Origin: Patescibacteria group bacterium | Lineage (GTDB): Bacteria > Patescibacteriota > Microgenomatia > UBA1400 > PJMF01 | DNA length: 64,000 nucleotides | Reading direction: 5' to 3' | NCBI GenBank assembly: GCA_019454415.1 | Contig: JACFOI010000003.1 | Coordinates: 14,361 to 78,360, forward strand | Part shown: in pieces, positions 35,847 to 45,786 of the stretch | Position numbering within the stretch: position 1 is the stretch's first letter | How the letters are laid out: every line of letters begins with the position of its first letter | Notes under the pieces: generated by a model | Databases searched by the model: none | What the model saw: the letters and a program-made list of their open reading frames with translations, nothing else | Told to the model about the DNA's origin: nothing | Position numbers and translations under genes: made by a program

Positions 35847-38782
35847 ACAAAAAGACACCGCAACGCTTTACGATCAAGAACATATTCAGAAAAAGATACC
35901 TTGTACTCGTTGTGTTGATCGCAGGTCTGATTGCGATCTTAAGTCTGGCTCAACCACCGGACTGGTGGCAGTTCTCTTTGACCGAACAAATCACCCAACA
36001 ACCAATCTTCAACAAAAAAAATATCTTACTTGCCACCAATCACGGCACAGTACTGGCAGTCCATCAGCGAACTGGCCAAGTAATCTGGGAACTCAAACAT
36101 GAAAAAGATATTGCTTCACAGCCATTCCTGAAAAATGACAAAGTCTATACATCCTATATCGACGGGACAGTCGTCGCAATAAACCCTGATACTGGGGAGT
36201 TCATTTGGCAGTATAAGCTGCCTGATTCTAAGCAAGTACATACTGGCCTACTTTACTCAGAAACTACACTTATTTTCGGCGATTCCGGGGGAATGGTACA
36301 CGGCTTGTCCCTGTCTGACGGTCGCGAAAAATGGTCCCTTCAAACTCCTAATCCGGACTCTGTGGACCAACTCCTGACTCCCAATGGCATAGTTTGGTTT
36401 GGCTCCGTCATTATGGATCGCTCCAAGCTGTATGTTATCCGCACTCATGGCTACATTGCCGAGATCAATCCTAATACTGGCAAACTGATTTGGGAGCAGA
36501 AGGTTCCTGGAACAGTCATTGGAGAGCCGTTGCTTACTCGTTCCAGTCTTTTTATTAGTACGGATCAAGTTCCGCTTGTTTCTCTCTCCCGAAGAAACGG
36601 AGAACTCTACACTGCACCGGAACCGCAAAACGCAACAACTATCTTTTGTCAGGTGAGTTATACCCAAAAAGGGATTCTGACTGATCTGTCAGAACGGGTG
36701 GATCTCAATATTCCCAGTATCCTTCCAGTCTATGAACAAGGACGTGGTGAGCAGATTATTCAGGTCGACAAATCCGGGAAGGTAGTTTCTTACGATCGGG
36801 CAACGCTGCGTCCCAAATGGCAAGTTGAGCTCAACTATGAACCTAAACGTTGTTTCTTTGACCAAGAGTACGGGTTATACCTTGGGTCTGCTACCGGCAC
36901 ACTTACGAAAGTCGACGTCAGAGAACAAAGAGTGCGCTGGCAGCAGCAACTGCCAAGTCGCCTTCTGTCTATTTTCTCAGTCTATAGACACAAGTTTGTC
37001 GAAAGGGAAAGTCAGAAAAAGTACTACTACACCAACTTTGTGCTTGTCAGTGACGACCAGGAAAACTTCTTCAGGATTAATCCTCAGACTGGTGAAGTGA
37101 TGTGGAGTTTCAAGATTGACGGCTCAATGTACGTGCCGCCTGTTCTCCATTTCGGACATCTGTTTATTGTGACAACTAATGGAGGACTGTATCGCCTCGA
37201 TCCCTTCACCGGAAAACCGGACCTTGGTCGACTTAGTCCGAAAGTCCAAGCCACACCCGTCAGCCAAACAGTCAAAGAGGGTGAAGTTTTTGAGCTGAAG
37301 GTGAAGGCTCCCTCTGATCGCTACAGTAATCCCTATACGGCAGTGGACTTAAGCGCGGAGTTTATTAACGTAGAAAACCGCAAGATCCAAGTACATGGAT
37401 TTTATTATGACAAGGGCGAGTGGCGAGTACGCTTTAATCCTCCCACTGATGGCAGGTGGCAGTGGACTCTTCATTGGAGAGATCCGTTTCAAAACAAGGA
37501 GTTGAGTGGCAGCTTTACGAGTGAAAGAAGCTATAGCGTACTTCAAGCAGACCCACAGACAGCAAAGTGGCTGACTAAAGACGGTAAAACAATTTTCCCG
37601 GTTGCGGGCATAAACGACTGCTTTGCCGACCTCAATCAAGACGGGTCACCCCTGAATGACTGGTTTACCCAGGATGGCTCTCTGAAAATCGCCACCACTT
37701 CGGGAGAGATTCCGCAAAAACTTAGCTTTAATTCACAAGTCGTCCCGATGGAATCTTACTTAGACACCTACCGGAACGGCTTTAACTTGTTCCGCCAGAA
37801 TGTGAGTAACTGTTCTCCACCGCTTTACTATGCAGAGAACTTTTTGTACTCCAAGTATCTTTCGCATGAAGGAAAACAGTTCGACGCACTCAGTCAGCAG
37901 CTTTTCCAAAGAGGGTACTCAGTTTGGTTCACCATGTTCAGCTTCTCTTTACCCTTTGATGGAGGTGTTCGGTATCCCGACGAACGATTTGCTTTGGAAA
38001 ATTACATTAAGTACGTAGTAGCGAGGTTTGGTGCTTATGTGGATGTTTGGGAAATCAGCAACGAGGCAGTTGCCAGTGATGAATATGTCCGGACTATTGC
38101 CCAGTTGATCGAAAAGAATGACCCATATAAAAGACTCATCAGTGTCAGCTGGGAAAAACCCCAACTGGACAGCATTACTCTAATCGCTCCACACTGGTAC
38201 CAGTCTGAGAATGACAACGAGTCTGACCTAGCGACGATCACTCAAATTAATAAGTTCAGCGAGTATAAAAAACCTGTTGTATTCGGTGAACATGGGAACC
38301 AGGAAAGAAACTGGGATCCGAGTTCGGCACATCGGATGAGGGTACGGACGTGGACAGCATTCTTTCATCAAGCAGGATTGGTATTTTGGAATCAGTCCAG
38401 CACCAAGGACTACTATAATCCTACTTTCCAGAACAGTAATATTTACCTGGGTGAAGAGGAACGGAACTACCAGTCAGTCTTTCTTCAGTTGACTCAGGGA
38501 CTACCTGTTAGTCTTGTTCCCCAGCCAGATCCTCCCCGAGGTAGTGGAATCCGTCCCTATGCACTGAAGAATGAGACGCTGCTTCTGTACTATATTTTCA
38601 ACTCGAATGTGGAGGAAAACTCCACTACGGTTATTACTAATACCCTCGCCGGGAGAGCAAAAGCAGAATGGTTTGACACGAAGACTGGTGAGCTTCTCCG
38701 TGCTGAAGAAGTCGATCCTGAAGCAACGTTAACCTCCCCGCCATTTACTCGTGATATCTTTGTCAAGCTCTCAGTGCTTTAG
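35843..38782 (+). CDS. membrane-anchored PQQ-like beta-propeller fused to GH5-like (TIM-barrel) glycoside hydrolase domain
   Basis: ATGA overlap start. N-terminal TM. Repeated GxVxAxxxxTGxxxW PQQ-type blades (residues roughly 80-480). C-terminal VWEISNEA (GH5 NEP-like acid/base) and FGEHG segments. Confidence 0.55.
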   Translation: MNKKTPQRFTIKNIFRKRYLVLVVLIAGLIAILSLAQPPDWWQFSLTEQITQQPIFNKKNILLATNHGTVLAVHQRTGQVIWELKHEKDIASQPFLKNDKVYTSYIDGTVVAINPDTGEFIWQYKLPDSKQVHTGLLYSETTLIFGDSGGMVHGLSLSDGREKWSLQTPNPDSVDQLLTPNGIVWFGSVIMDRSKLYVIRTHGYIAEINPNTGKLIWEQKVPGTVIGEPLLTRSSLFISTDQVPLVSLSRRNGELYTAPEPQNATTIFCQVSYTQKGILTDLSERVDLNIPSILPVYEQGRGEQIIQVDKSGKVVSYDRATLRPKWQVELNYEPKRCFFDQEYGLYLGSATGTLTKVDVREQRVRWQQQLPSRLLSIFSVYRHKFVERESQKKYYYTNFVLVSDDQENFFRINPQTGEVMWSFKIDGSMYVPPVLHFGHLFIVTTNGGLYRLDPFTGKPDLGRLSPKVQATPVSQTVKEGEVFELKVKAPSDRYSNPYTAVDLSAEFINVENRKIQVHGFYYDKGEWRVRFNPPTDGRWQWTLHWRDPFQNKELSGSFTSERSYSVLQADPQTAKWLTKDGKTIFPVAGINDCFADLNQDGSPLNDWFTQDGSLKIATTSGEIPQKLSFNSQVVPMESYLDTYRNGFNLFRQNVSNCSPPLYYAENFLYSKYLSHEGKQFDALSQQLFQRGYSVWFTMFSFSLPFDGGVRYPDERFALENYIKYVVARFGAYVDVWEISNEAVASDEYVRTIAQLIEKNDPYKRLISVSWEKPQLDSITLIAPHWYQSENDNESDLATITQINKFSEYKKPVVFGEHGNQERNWDPSSAHRMRVRTWTAFFHQAGLVFWNQSSTKDYYNPTFQNSNIYLGEEERNYQSVFLQLTQGLPVSLVPQPDPPRGSGIRPYALKNETLLLYYIFNSNVEENSTTVITNTLAGRAKAEWFDTKTGELLRAEEVDPEATLTSPPFTRDIFVKLSVL

Positions 38783-39978
38783 CTTGAGCTTTTGTGAATG
38801 TGTTCAAAGTTCAGAATCCCCAAGAAGAGGGTTGAGAAAAATACCTGAATTCCCAGGATGACAAAGGTGATGCCGGGAATGAAAACTCTCATTGTACTTT
38901 CAGGATTAAGATCACCGAACCCTTGCTTAGACCACAAAAGCAGTGTCCATGAACAGAAAATAAGACCAACTGTGCAGATTGCGCCACCTAGCAGCATCAT
39001 CACTTCTAAGTTCGTTCTATCGAACCTCCCGACTACCGGGGGTGACTGAACTGGCAGGTGAATCCGTTTGGCGAAGACATCGATGCAGAGCGACCAGTGG
39101 AAAAGTTGGTAACCAATATTCAATAGGGCGCCCAGAACCAGCATTGTGTGAATGCCTAAAGAGATATGCCCCAGTTCCAGGCTTTCCAACACCATGAAAA
39201 TCAAAACCGCTAAAGAGAGAATCAGAATAATAAGGGCTGGGAAAAAAAAGATCCAGTTTGGTGCAAAAAGCATCAAGAACCGGAGATGTCTCCAGCCGTC
39301 TCGAAACGTTCTGATGTGCGACTTGCGCTTTCTACCGTCCTTTCGATAGACGACCGGGACTTCTTGAATGTTGAGATGGAGTAGTGCTGCCCGAACAATC
39401 ATTTCAGAGGCAAACTCCATTCCCACGCACTGCAAATTCAGGCTTTTTACTACTGATTTACGCAGAGCACGAATGCCGGAGTGGTAATCTCCCAGATGAG
39501 TTCCAAAAAAGAGATTAGCCGTCCAGGTCAAAATTGGGTTGCCAATATAATAATGCAGCCAAGGCATTGCCCCTTTTTGTACCCCTCCTTTGAATCTGTT
39601 ACCGATAACCAAATCTGCGCCAGCTTGCAGCTTTTTTAAGAAAGGAGTGAGATGTCTAAGATCGTAGCTGAGATCCGAATCCGCAATGATGATGTACTCA
39701 CCCTTTGCCGCCACGAGTCCTCTATAGATTGCTGCTCCGTACCCACGTTTGGACTCTGTCACGACCCGAGCTCCGGCCTTTTTTGCAACTGCAATTGACT
39801 CATCGGAACTGCCGTTGTCAACGACGATGACTTCTCCTCTTTTTCTCTCCAGCCATCGTTTTGCTTCCTTCACACACTTACCCACTGTTGCCGCTTCGTT
39901 GAGGCATGGAAGAACAATGCTAACCGTAAGTGCAGTCGGTACTTTAGCAGACACTCGTGTTCGTAGTTTTCTTGACAA
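38779..39978 (-). CDS. GT2 polyprenol-phosphate sugar synthase (DPM1/GtrB/ArnC-like) with C-terminal TM domain
   Basis: VSIVLPCLNEAATVGKCV...VVDNGSSDES...ADSDLSYD GT-A motifs, then about 4 TMs. Confidence 0.7.
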   Translation of the reverse strand: MSRKLRTRVSAKVPTALTVSIVLPCLNEAATVGKCVKEAKRWLERKRGEVIVVDNGSSDESIAVAKKAGARVVTESKRGYGAAIYRGLVAAKGEYIIIADSDLSYDLRHLTPFLKKLQAGADLVIGNRFKGGVQKGAMPWLHYYIGNPILTWTANLFFGTHLGDYHSGIRALRKSVVKSLNLQCVGMEFASEMIVRAALLHLNIQEVPVVYRKDGRKRKSHIRTFRDGWRHLRFLMLFAPNWIFFFPALIILILSLAVLIFMVLESLELGHISLGIHTMLVLGALLNIGYQLFHWSLCIDVFAKRIHLPVQSPPVVGRFDRTNLEVMMLLGGAICTVGLIFCSWTLLLWSKQGFGDLNPESTMRVFIPGITFVILGIQVFFSTLFLGILNFEHIHKSSS

Positions 39979-40014
39979 AGGTATTCCTATATAACTATAA
40001 GAAAGGGGATCAAA

Positions 40015-41811
40015 TTGTTCTCTTCTTTTGTTTTATATCGTTCTTATACCAAAATGCAACAAATAGTGACTGTAGCAAGAAGTGTTTTGAGCTGGGTTTG
40101 GAAAAATGGCCTCTTTCTGTCTCTGGCAGTAGCAGCTGCTGCACTGAAACTTTGGTTGCTTGATAGTCAGGATCTCACCTATCAGGGTTACAGCTTTCAT
40201 GATGAAATGCTGTTTGTTCGTCTGGCCCACAATATTATCGAAAGTGGGTGGCTGGGACCTTACGATAACTTAACCCTCGCTAAGGGGACTTTCCTTCCGC
40301 TTTTTTTAGTATTTAACTGGGCGCTCGGACTTCCCTTGTTGGTGACACAACAGCTATTGTACATTGCGGCTGTCACAGCAATCTCTTGGGCTATTCGCCC
40401 ACTGATTAAAAACCGTTTCTTATTACTCTTCTTGTTTATCATCTTACTGTTCCAACCGGCTTCCTTTGAGGGAGACTCTACTGCCAGAATTTTACGGTCT
40501 TCCATAGGAACCAGTTTGTCACTCTTTATCTTTGCCGGTTTTTTCAGACTTTGTCTGACTAAAATTCGTCAAGTGGAAGCAATTTGGTTGGGGAGCCTGA
40601 CTGGATTAGCTCTTGGACTGTTTTGGATAAATCGTGAAGATAACTTATGGATTCTGCCGGCTGTCGCCATTCTATTGGGTGGAAAGTGGGTGATAAGTTT
40701 TTTCCGCCATCAAATAAATAAACCTCTCTTTACTTTCAGTTCAGCCGTACTGTGCTGGGCAGTATTGCCTGTTTTTCTTGTTTCTCTCGTGAATGTGCAC
40801 TTCTATCAAATTTTCACAGTAACTGAGTTCCAGCACTTTGCATTCCCCGAAGCCTACGGGGCACTGTTGCGGGTTCGTCCGGCGCAGCGTTATCGGTATA
40901 TTCCGGTTACCCGCAGTACGCGTCAGATACTGTACAAGCTGAGTCCGGCTTTTAAGGAACTAGAAATTCCTTTGGAAGATCACTATGCCTCGGGATGGGC
41001 AGAAAATAGTGTTGACCTAACTGGTTTTAAGCCGCGGGAGAAACAGGTTGCCGGTGGATGGTGGATGTGGGCACTGCGGGATGCAGTCAATGCGGCCGGC
41101 TACGGTTCGTCCGGTGCTACGGCAGCTGCTTACTATATCCGGCTAACAAACGAGATAAATGCACTTTGTGACGACGGAACGCTGATCTGCACACCGCCTC
41201 ATAAAGTGATGACCCCTGTTCTTTCTGTCGATGATTACCGGCGGATCATTCCCGGCTTCTTTGAGTTGTGGATCGCGTATTTTTCGCGGCAACATCTCTC
41301 TGTTTACAACAGTCACTCTTCCGGAACAGAACTCGACGAGTATCTTTTCCGCAGTCTCACCCACGAGAAACTCTACCACAACGAAGACTATTATTTTGAT
41401 GATTGGAACCAGGCGACCCTGAAACAAAAACAGCTCTATGTCTTAGAGCAGCTGACGAGAAAGTACCAAACGTATGCTTTGCCCTTTGTTCTTCTCGGTA
41501 TTTTAAGCTATATCTACATTGCTATCAGGCGAGACCAGTATGCATGGGTGCTGCTTGCTATTCCCGCTTCAACTCTTTTTCTTAACTTAGTAGTAACCAT
41601 CATTCACTTCACCTCTTTTTGGGCATTCGGGAACGTCTACTTAAGTCCAATGTACCCATTATTTTTGATTTTCTCTTTCCTGAGTATTCTACGGGTACCC
41701 AGTCATTTACGCAGAGAGTGGGAGTTCTCACCGTTCAATAAAACCAAACCGCGGATCCTGAAGAAGGGTTTTAGTGATCTCGTCCGCGTAGATCCGGTGA
41801 GCCAGAACTGA
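40015..41811 (+). CDS. GT-C fold membrane glycosyltransferase (PMT_2/ArnT-like)
   Basis: Polytopic. First-loop acidic motif FHDEMLFVRLAHNI (DE motif of the GT39/GT83 family). Large C-terminal periplasmic domain. Confidence 0.55.
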   Translation: MFSSFVLYRSYTKMQQIVTVARSVLSWVWKNGLFLSLAVAAAALKLWLLDSQDLTYQGYSFHDEMLFVRLAHNIIESGWLGPYDNLTLAKGTFLPLFLVFNWALGLPLLVTQQLLYIAAVTAISWAIRPLIKNRFLLLFLFIILLFQPASFEGDSTARILRSSIGTSLSLFIFAGFFRLCLTKIRQVEAIWLGSLTGLALGLFWINREDNLWILPAVAILLGGKWVISFFRHQINKPLFTFSSAVLCWAVLPVFLVSLVNVHFYQIFTVTEFQHFAFPEAYGALLRVRPAQRYRYIPVTRSTRQILYKLSPAFKELEIPLEDHYASGWAENSVDLTGFKPREKQVAGGWWMWALRDAVNAAGYGSSGATAAAYYIRLTNEINALCDDGTLICTPPHKVMTPVLSVDDYRRIIPGFFELWIAYFSRQHLSVYNSHSSGTELDEYLFRSLTHEKLYHNEDYYFDDWNQATLKQKQLYVLEQLTRKYQTYALPFVLLGILSYIYIAIRRDQYAWVLLAIPASTLFLNLVVTIIHFTSFWAFGNVYLSPMYPLFLIFSFLSILRVPSHLRREWEFSPFNKTKPRILKKGFSDLVRVDPVSQN

Positions 41812-42690
41812 GGGATGAGTTTCACTCTTCGACACAAACATTTTTTGCTGCTCAGGAGTATTGTCGGGCGCAGGCATTTTGAAGGTGAGAACAGGAAAAC
41901 CAGCTTTTTTGTACACCTCAGTCATCGCCAAGCTGTCCGGATTCGAGGTTAAGAGTGAATCTAATGAAACGTACAACGCGTTTTTCTTGGGGAAGTCCGG
42001 AAGCAGCTTCTGCACAACGCACCAGTTTTTGGTATCTGCTTCTAGAGAGCGCTTGACTCGCTGCGGATATACTACTGTTACATCAATCTCTGCCCAATCT
42101 TCAGAGACATCCCAAACCGTTTCTCCCTCGCACTGCTCTAGCTCTTCTTCACCCTCAGGCCCGTACCAGGAGTATTTCTTCAGGAATGCATCGTTATGGA
42201 CGATGCCAAAGATTGAAAGATCGGCCTTCTGTCCGGTCCGCAAGAATGCTTTATACTTCCGCCACTGATCGACAATGTTATTTCCTTCAATCGCGAAAAC
42301 GAGTACTTTCGTAGGACGATACTCGTTTAGTTTCTTCTCCAAAAGATCGGCGAACCGTTCCTGCTCCCGGACACCCACACCCCAAACATACGAATCTCCA
42401 TAGAGGGCAATTGTGAACTCATTGGTGGCCTGTGTCCCTAAAATGCGAGGATCTTTCTGTTCATAGATAAACTCTTCCAGCGCGAGCATGTCCTGAGCCC
42501 GGGTACCATATCCTGCTAATCGGTGATAGGTACTATCCTCTACCACCCAGTAACCATGTGCCTCTGATTTTTGAAAAAAGAACTTATCAAAAAAGTAGTG
42601 TTCAGCCACCCAATAACAGGCTGCCAGGGTAAAACAGACACTGACAGACAACATACAAAAAAGCGTAAATAGTTTAAGCGATCTTGGCAT
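41728..42690 (-). CDS. SGNH/GDSL-family hydrolase (esterase/acyltransferase-like), N-terminally anchored
   Basis: GDSYVWGVG block I. Paralog of 58467-59567. Confidence 0.65.
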   Translation of the reverse strand: MPRSLKLFTLFCMLSVSVCFTLAACYWVAEHYFFDKFFFQKSEAHGYWVVEDSTYHRLAGYGTRAQDMLALEEFIYEQKDPRILGTQATNEFTIALYGDSYVWGVGVREQERFADLLEKKLNEYRPTKVLVFAIEGNNIVDQWRKYKAFLRTGQKADLSIFGIVHNDAFLKKYSWYGPEGEEELEQCEGETVWDVSEDWAEIDVTVVYPQRVKRSLEADTKNWCVVQKLLPDFPKKNALYVSLDSLLTSNPDSLAMTEVYKKAGFPVLTFKMPAPDNTPEQQKMFVSKSETHPSVLAHRIYADEITKTLLQDPRFGFIER

Positions 42691-42698
42691 AGATGATG

Positions 42699-43511
42699 TT
42701 ACAAACCTTCAATATCATCAATTGAAGGATAAATGTTGTAACGCTTTTGGTTAATAGGGATCTGGGAGCCAATATGAACTCTATAGTTATCGAACATAAC
42801 AACTTCGTTCTCATTAACCACACGTACTGTCAGATCGGCCCAGATCACGACATCCTTGTATATAGGATGTTTCCTGATGTGTAAGTTCCCGGAGCTATCC
42901 TGAGTAATTTGCGTTGCTGGACTCACCTCTACCTTAGTAATTTTGACTAGCTGCTTGCCCAGTGAGTTAGTAACTGTATCTCCCACGTGGATCTCCTTTG
43001 CCAAGGTGGGAGCAATACTCCCCAAAAAGGTTTTGACATGAATCACCTTCTCCGTTGCATTTACTTGAGCAGTCCCGGGGACATCAGTCACGATTCCGTC
43101 AAACGTAACATCATGAAGATTGAACCTCATGGGAGTTCCATACATTAAGTTTTTCCCGCGGGCAGAGTACAGTTTAGTCCGGGTGTCGTAGGTGGCCCGG
43201 AGCCGGATATCCAAATAAACAACTTTGTTCTCCGGAGTAATTGAGTAGCTTTCTACATTTACAATCTCGGCGATTGTCCGTCCTACCACGTCCCTTTCTA
43301 GATCACCGACATGGAATCGCCATGAGTAATCATTTCTGGGGGTGTCATGTGCAGTCAGTACTTCCTGATTCGTCACTTTAAAACGAATAGTAATGTAGGT
43401 GGACTTCCGATAGAAGAAAAAGAAGAAACCGACCAGCACTACTACTGCTGCACTGAAGATGAGTGTGTCTACCCAGTGTAGCTTGCGTAACTTTTTCAGA
43501 ATTTTTTTCAT
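42699..43511 (-). CDS. N-terminally anchored uncharacterized protein (paralog of 52371-53252)
   Basis: Basic N-terminus + TM (AAVVVLVGFFFFFYRK) + beta-rich domain. Clear paralogy to 52371-53252. Confidence 0.45.
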   Translation of the reverse strand: MKKILKKLRKLHWVDTLIFSAAVVVLVGFFFFFYRKSTYITIRFKVTNQEVLTAHDTPRNDYSWRFHVGDLERDVVGRTIAEIVNVESYSITPENKVVYLDIRLRATYDTRTKLYSARGKNLMYGTPMRFNLHDVTFDGIVTDVPGTAQVNATEKVIHVKTFLGSIAPTLAKEIHVGDTVTNSLGKQLVKITKVEVSPATQITQDSSGNLHIRKHPIYKDVVIWADLTVRVVNENEVVMFDNYRVHIGSQIPINQKRYNIYPSIDDIEGL

Positions 43512-45064
43512 GCACTCCTCTTTCCTGCAGACAGATAATACCAGAACGCACCAAAACCAAGAACTAAACCCAAAAATGGGAACTCAACAATACCAATATG
43601 CGGTAAGAGTGTCCAGAAGACGAGGGCGACAAGCAGTCCACTGAGAAAGGTCAGTCTGTAGAACTGGGGTTGGCCCCTTTGAGCTGGGTTGACGATGCAG
43701 TACCTGGCTAACCAGAACAACGGTAACAAAAAAATCAGCAGTCCGATCAGTCCGATCTCCATCCACAACTGGATATATGCCAGGTGAACGACTGCGGGAA
43801 AGACGGTCATCACCCCATCCGGGAAAAGCCGTTGAAGGACATACTCATTGGTGCCTATTCCGTATCCGATAAATGGGTTGGCAATGATCGCCTCTCTAGC
43901 TTCATTGACCATCCTGACCCGGATAGCTAAACCTGCACCTTGATAACCGGCATTCACACTCAACAAAATTCTGGGAATGATCCCAAATGCACTTAATGCA
44001 AATGCAACGACTCCATAGGCTAAGATTCTTCGGCGGCCGATTTTGCGTAACACTACCAAGATTCTTTTCTTATATACCACTCCGCAGAGGAAAAGTAGCA
44101 AGACTGCTCCGATCAATACTGATCGGCTCTGTGTAAGTAAAACCACAAACAGACCAGCCAGACCCGTTCCGATAAGTGGGACTGATTTTTTTTCGATACC
44201 ATAGGGCAAAATCACCGACGACAAGAGTGCCGAAACAAAGGCTAACTGATTGTGGAACATGAAGGTTCCCATCACTCGGAACACTGCATTGTTTTCATCT
44301 AGTCCTGTGGCAAAGCTGCCCGAGCTATTTGCCTCAAACGGAAGTCCGGCACTTCGTTGAAACCACAGCTGCAGCACGCTGACAAAAAACTGTGTGCAGA
44401 TCATAGCCGTGAGTGTCAGAACAAAAAATGAAAGAAACTTTGGGTACTTGACCAGCCCAAAGCAGATTCCCAGCGCCACAAAGTACATCATGCTGTACTG
44501 GAAAAGCCAAACTATCGACAGGGCTGGGAACGGAGAATACACCGTAATGCCATATAGGCAGTAACCAACAAAAAGCAACCATACCAATGTAATTGCACCC
44601 ATTACCACTAACAGTCGCTGGGGGATCTTCCGGAAGTTTTTCAGTAGATCTCTTATCAGAGCTGCAGCTGCCAGCACAAAAAAGAAGCTGGCCATGTGGA
44701 AAAAATAAGCAATGGAGTAACCCTCATAGTATTGAGGTTCCAAAATTGCATTCCCTCGAATTACTTCTACGTCATATCCCTTATTAGGGTGAACAAACTG
44801 CAAGGTAAATATATAGGTCAGAAAAAAGCCCAAGAAAACACTTTTCAGATTTCTTGATAGTAGAATTGCTACAATAAGATATAGTAGGAAAAACTGTCGA
44901 ATGCCGTCGATCAGACCAGTAGAAGACACAGCCACTGTGAGTGCGAACAGAACAGGAGTAAAAACGAATGGCCGATCCCAAATGCTATGTACTCGTTCGA
45001 GGCAGGAACGCCCTGCCGTACGTAGAACGCTGTTTGCGGTCAATACTTTGCCAAACATACTCAA
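43508..45064 (-). CDS. Wzy_C-like (O-antigen polymerase/ligase family) polytopic membrane protein
   Basis: About 12 TMs. Loop AVVHLAYIQLWMEIGLIG similar to the Wzy_C signature. 5' end overlaps divergent GT2, so the start is uncertain. Confidence 0.55.
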   Translation of the reverse strand: MSMFGKVLTANSVLRTAGRSCLERVHSIWDRPFVFTPVLFALTVAVSSTGLIDGIRQFFLLYLIVAILLSRNLKSVFLGFFLTYIFTLQFVHPNKGYDVEVIRGNAILEPQYYEGYSIAYFFHMASFFFVLAAAALIRDLLKNFRKIPQRLLVVMGAITLVWLLFVGYCLYGITVYSPFPALSIVWLFQYSMMYFVALGICFGLVKYPKFLSFFVLTLTAMICTQFFVSVLQLWFQRSAGLPFEANSSGSFATGLDENNAVFRVMGTFMFHNQLAFVSALLSSVILPYGIEKKSVPLIGTGLAGLFVVLLTQSRSVLIGAVLLLFLCGVVYKKRILVVLRKIGRRRILAYGVVAFALSAFGIIPRILLSVNAGYQGAGLAIRVRMVNEAREAIIANPFIGYGIGTNEYVLQRLFPDGVMTVFPAVVHLAYIQLWMEIGLIGLLIFLLPLFWLARYCIVNPAQRGQPQFYRLTFLSGLLVALVFWTLLPHIGIVEFPFLGLVLGFGAFWYYLSAGKRSA

Positions 45065-45786
45065 ATATAGTCATTCTATTTGTTGACGACGCCTCTGAAT
45101 ATAACAGAGAAACGAAAAAAAAGATCAACAAACAACTAGAAAGACATATTGTTGTATGGCGGAAAGAACGCTACTACTCGGTGCGCAACGCATACGAGAT
45201 GATTCACACTTACTGTGATGATCCGGAGGGGATCGTCATTAACTTAGATGCTGATGATTGGTTTTCAACCCCCAGATCGGTGGAGAGGCTGGTACGGTTT
45301 TACAAAAAAGAAAAATGTTTGTTCAGCTACGGCGACTGTTATGTGTGGTCGGGCCAAGATAGTGGCCATACTGAGTGGTCCGACGAAAACTTTGCCAAGC
45401 TCAACTTTTCTTCGTTGCCACTCGCTTCCAAATACATGGAAGCATGCAACATTTCCTATACTAAAAAAGTGAATACCCGTCGGAACTTTCGAGATATCCC
45501 ATTTGTGGTACTGCATCCCCGAAGTTGGAAAGTAAAAGCATTTCGCCTAATTCCTAAGACAGCATTTCAGCGGCCAGACGGAACCTGGTTACACTTTTGT
45601 GAAGACCAAGCAATCTTTTTTTCCCTGTTCGAGATGTTCCCAGAGAGATATGCCGTCTGCCCTCTTCCACTGTCGGTCTACAACCAAGCAAACCCGGCGG
45701 CTGACATTAAGCGTTATCGCCTAGAAACTCTTCGTGATGAAATAGAGATCCGGCGGAAACCCAAGTATGCAACGATTTCGCTATAA
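44968..45786 (+). CDS. GT2-family glycosyltransferase
   Basis: CYVLVRGRNALPYVERCLRSILCQTYSNIVILFVDDASEYN (GT-A N-terminus with DD motif). Confidence 0.6.
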   Translation: MADPKCYVLVRGRNALPYVERCLRSILCQTYSNIVILFVDDASEYNRETKKKINKQLERHIVVWRKERYYSVRNAYEMIHTYCDDPEGIVINLDADDWFSTPRSVERLVRFYKKEKCLFSYGDCYVWSGQDSGHTEWSDENFAKLNFSSLPLASKYMEACNISYTKKVNTRRNFRDIPFVVLHPRSWKVKAFRLIPKTAFQRPDGTWLHFCEDQAIFFSLFEMFPERYAVCPLPLSVYNQANPAADIKRYRLETLRDEIEIRRKPKYATISL

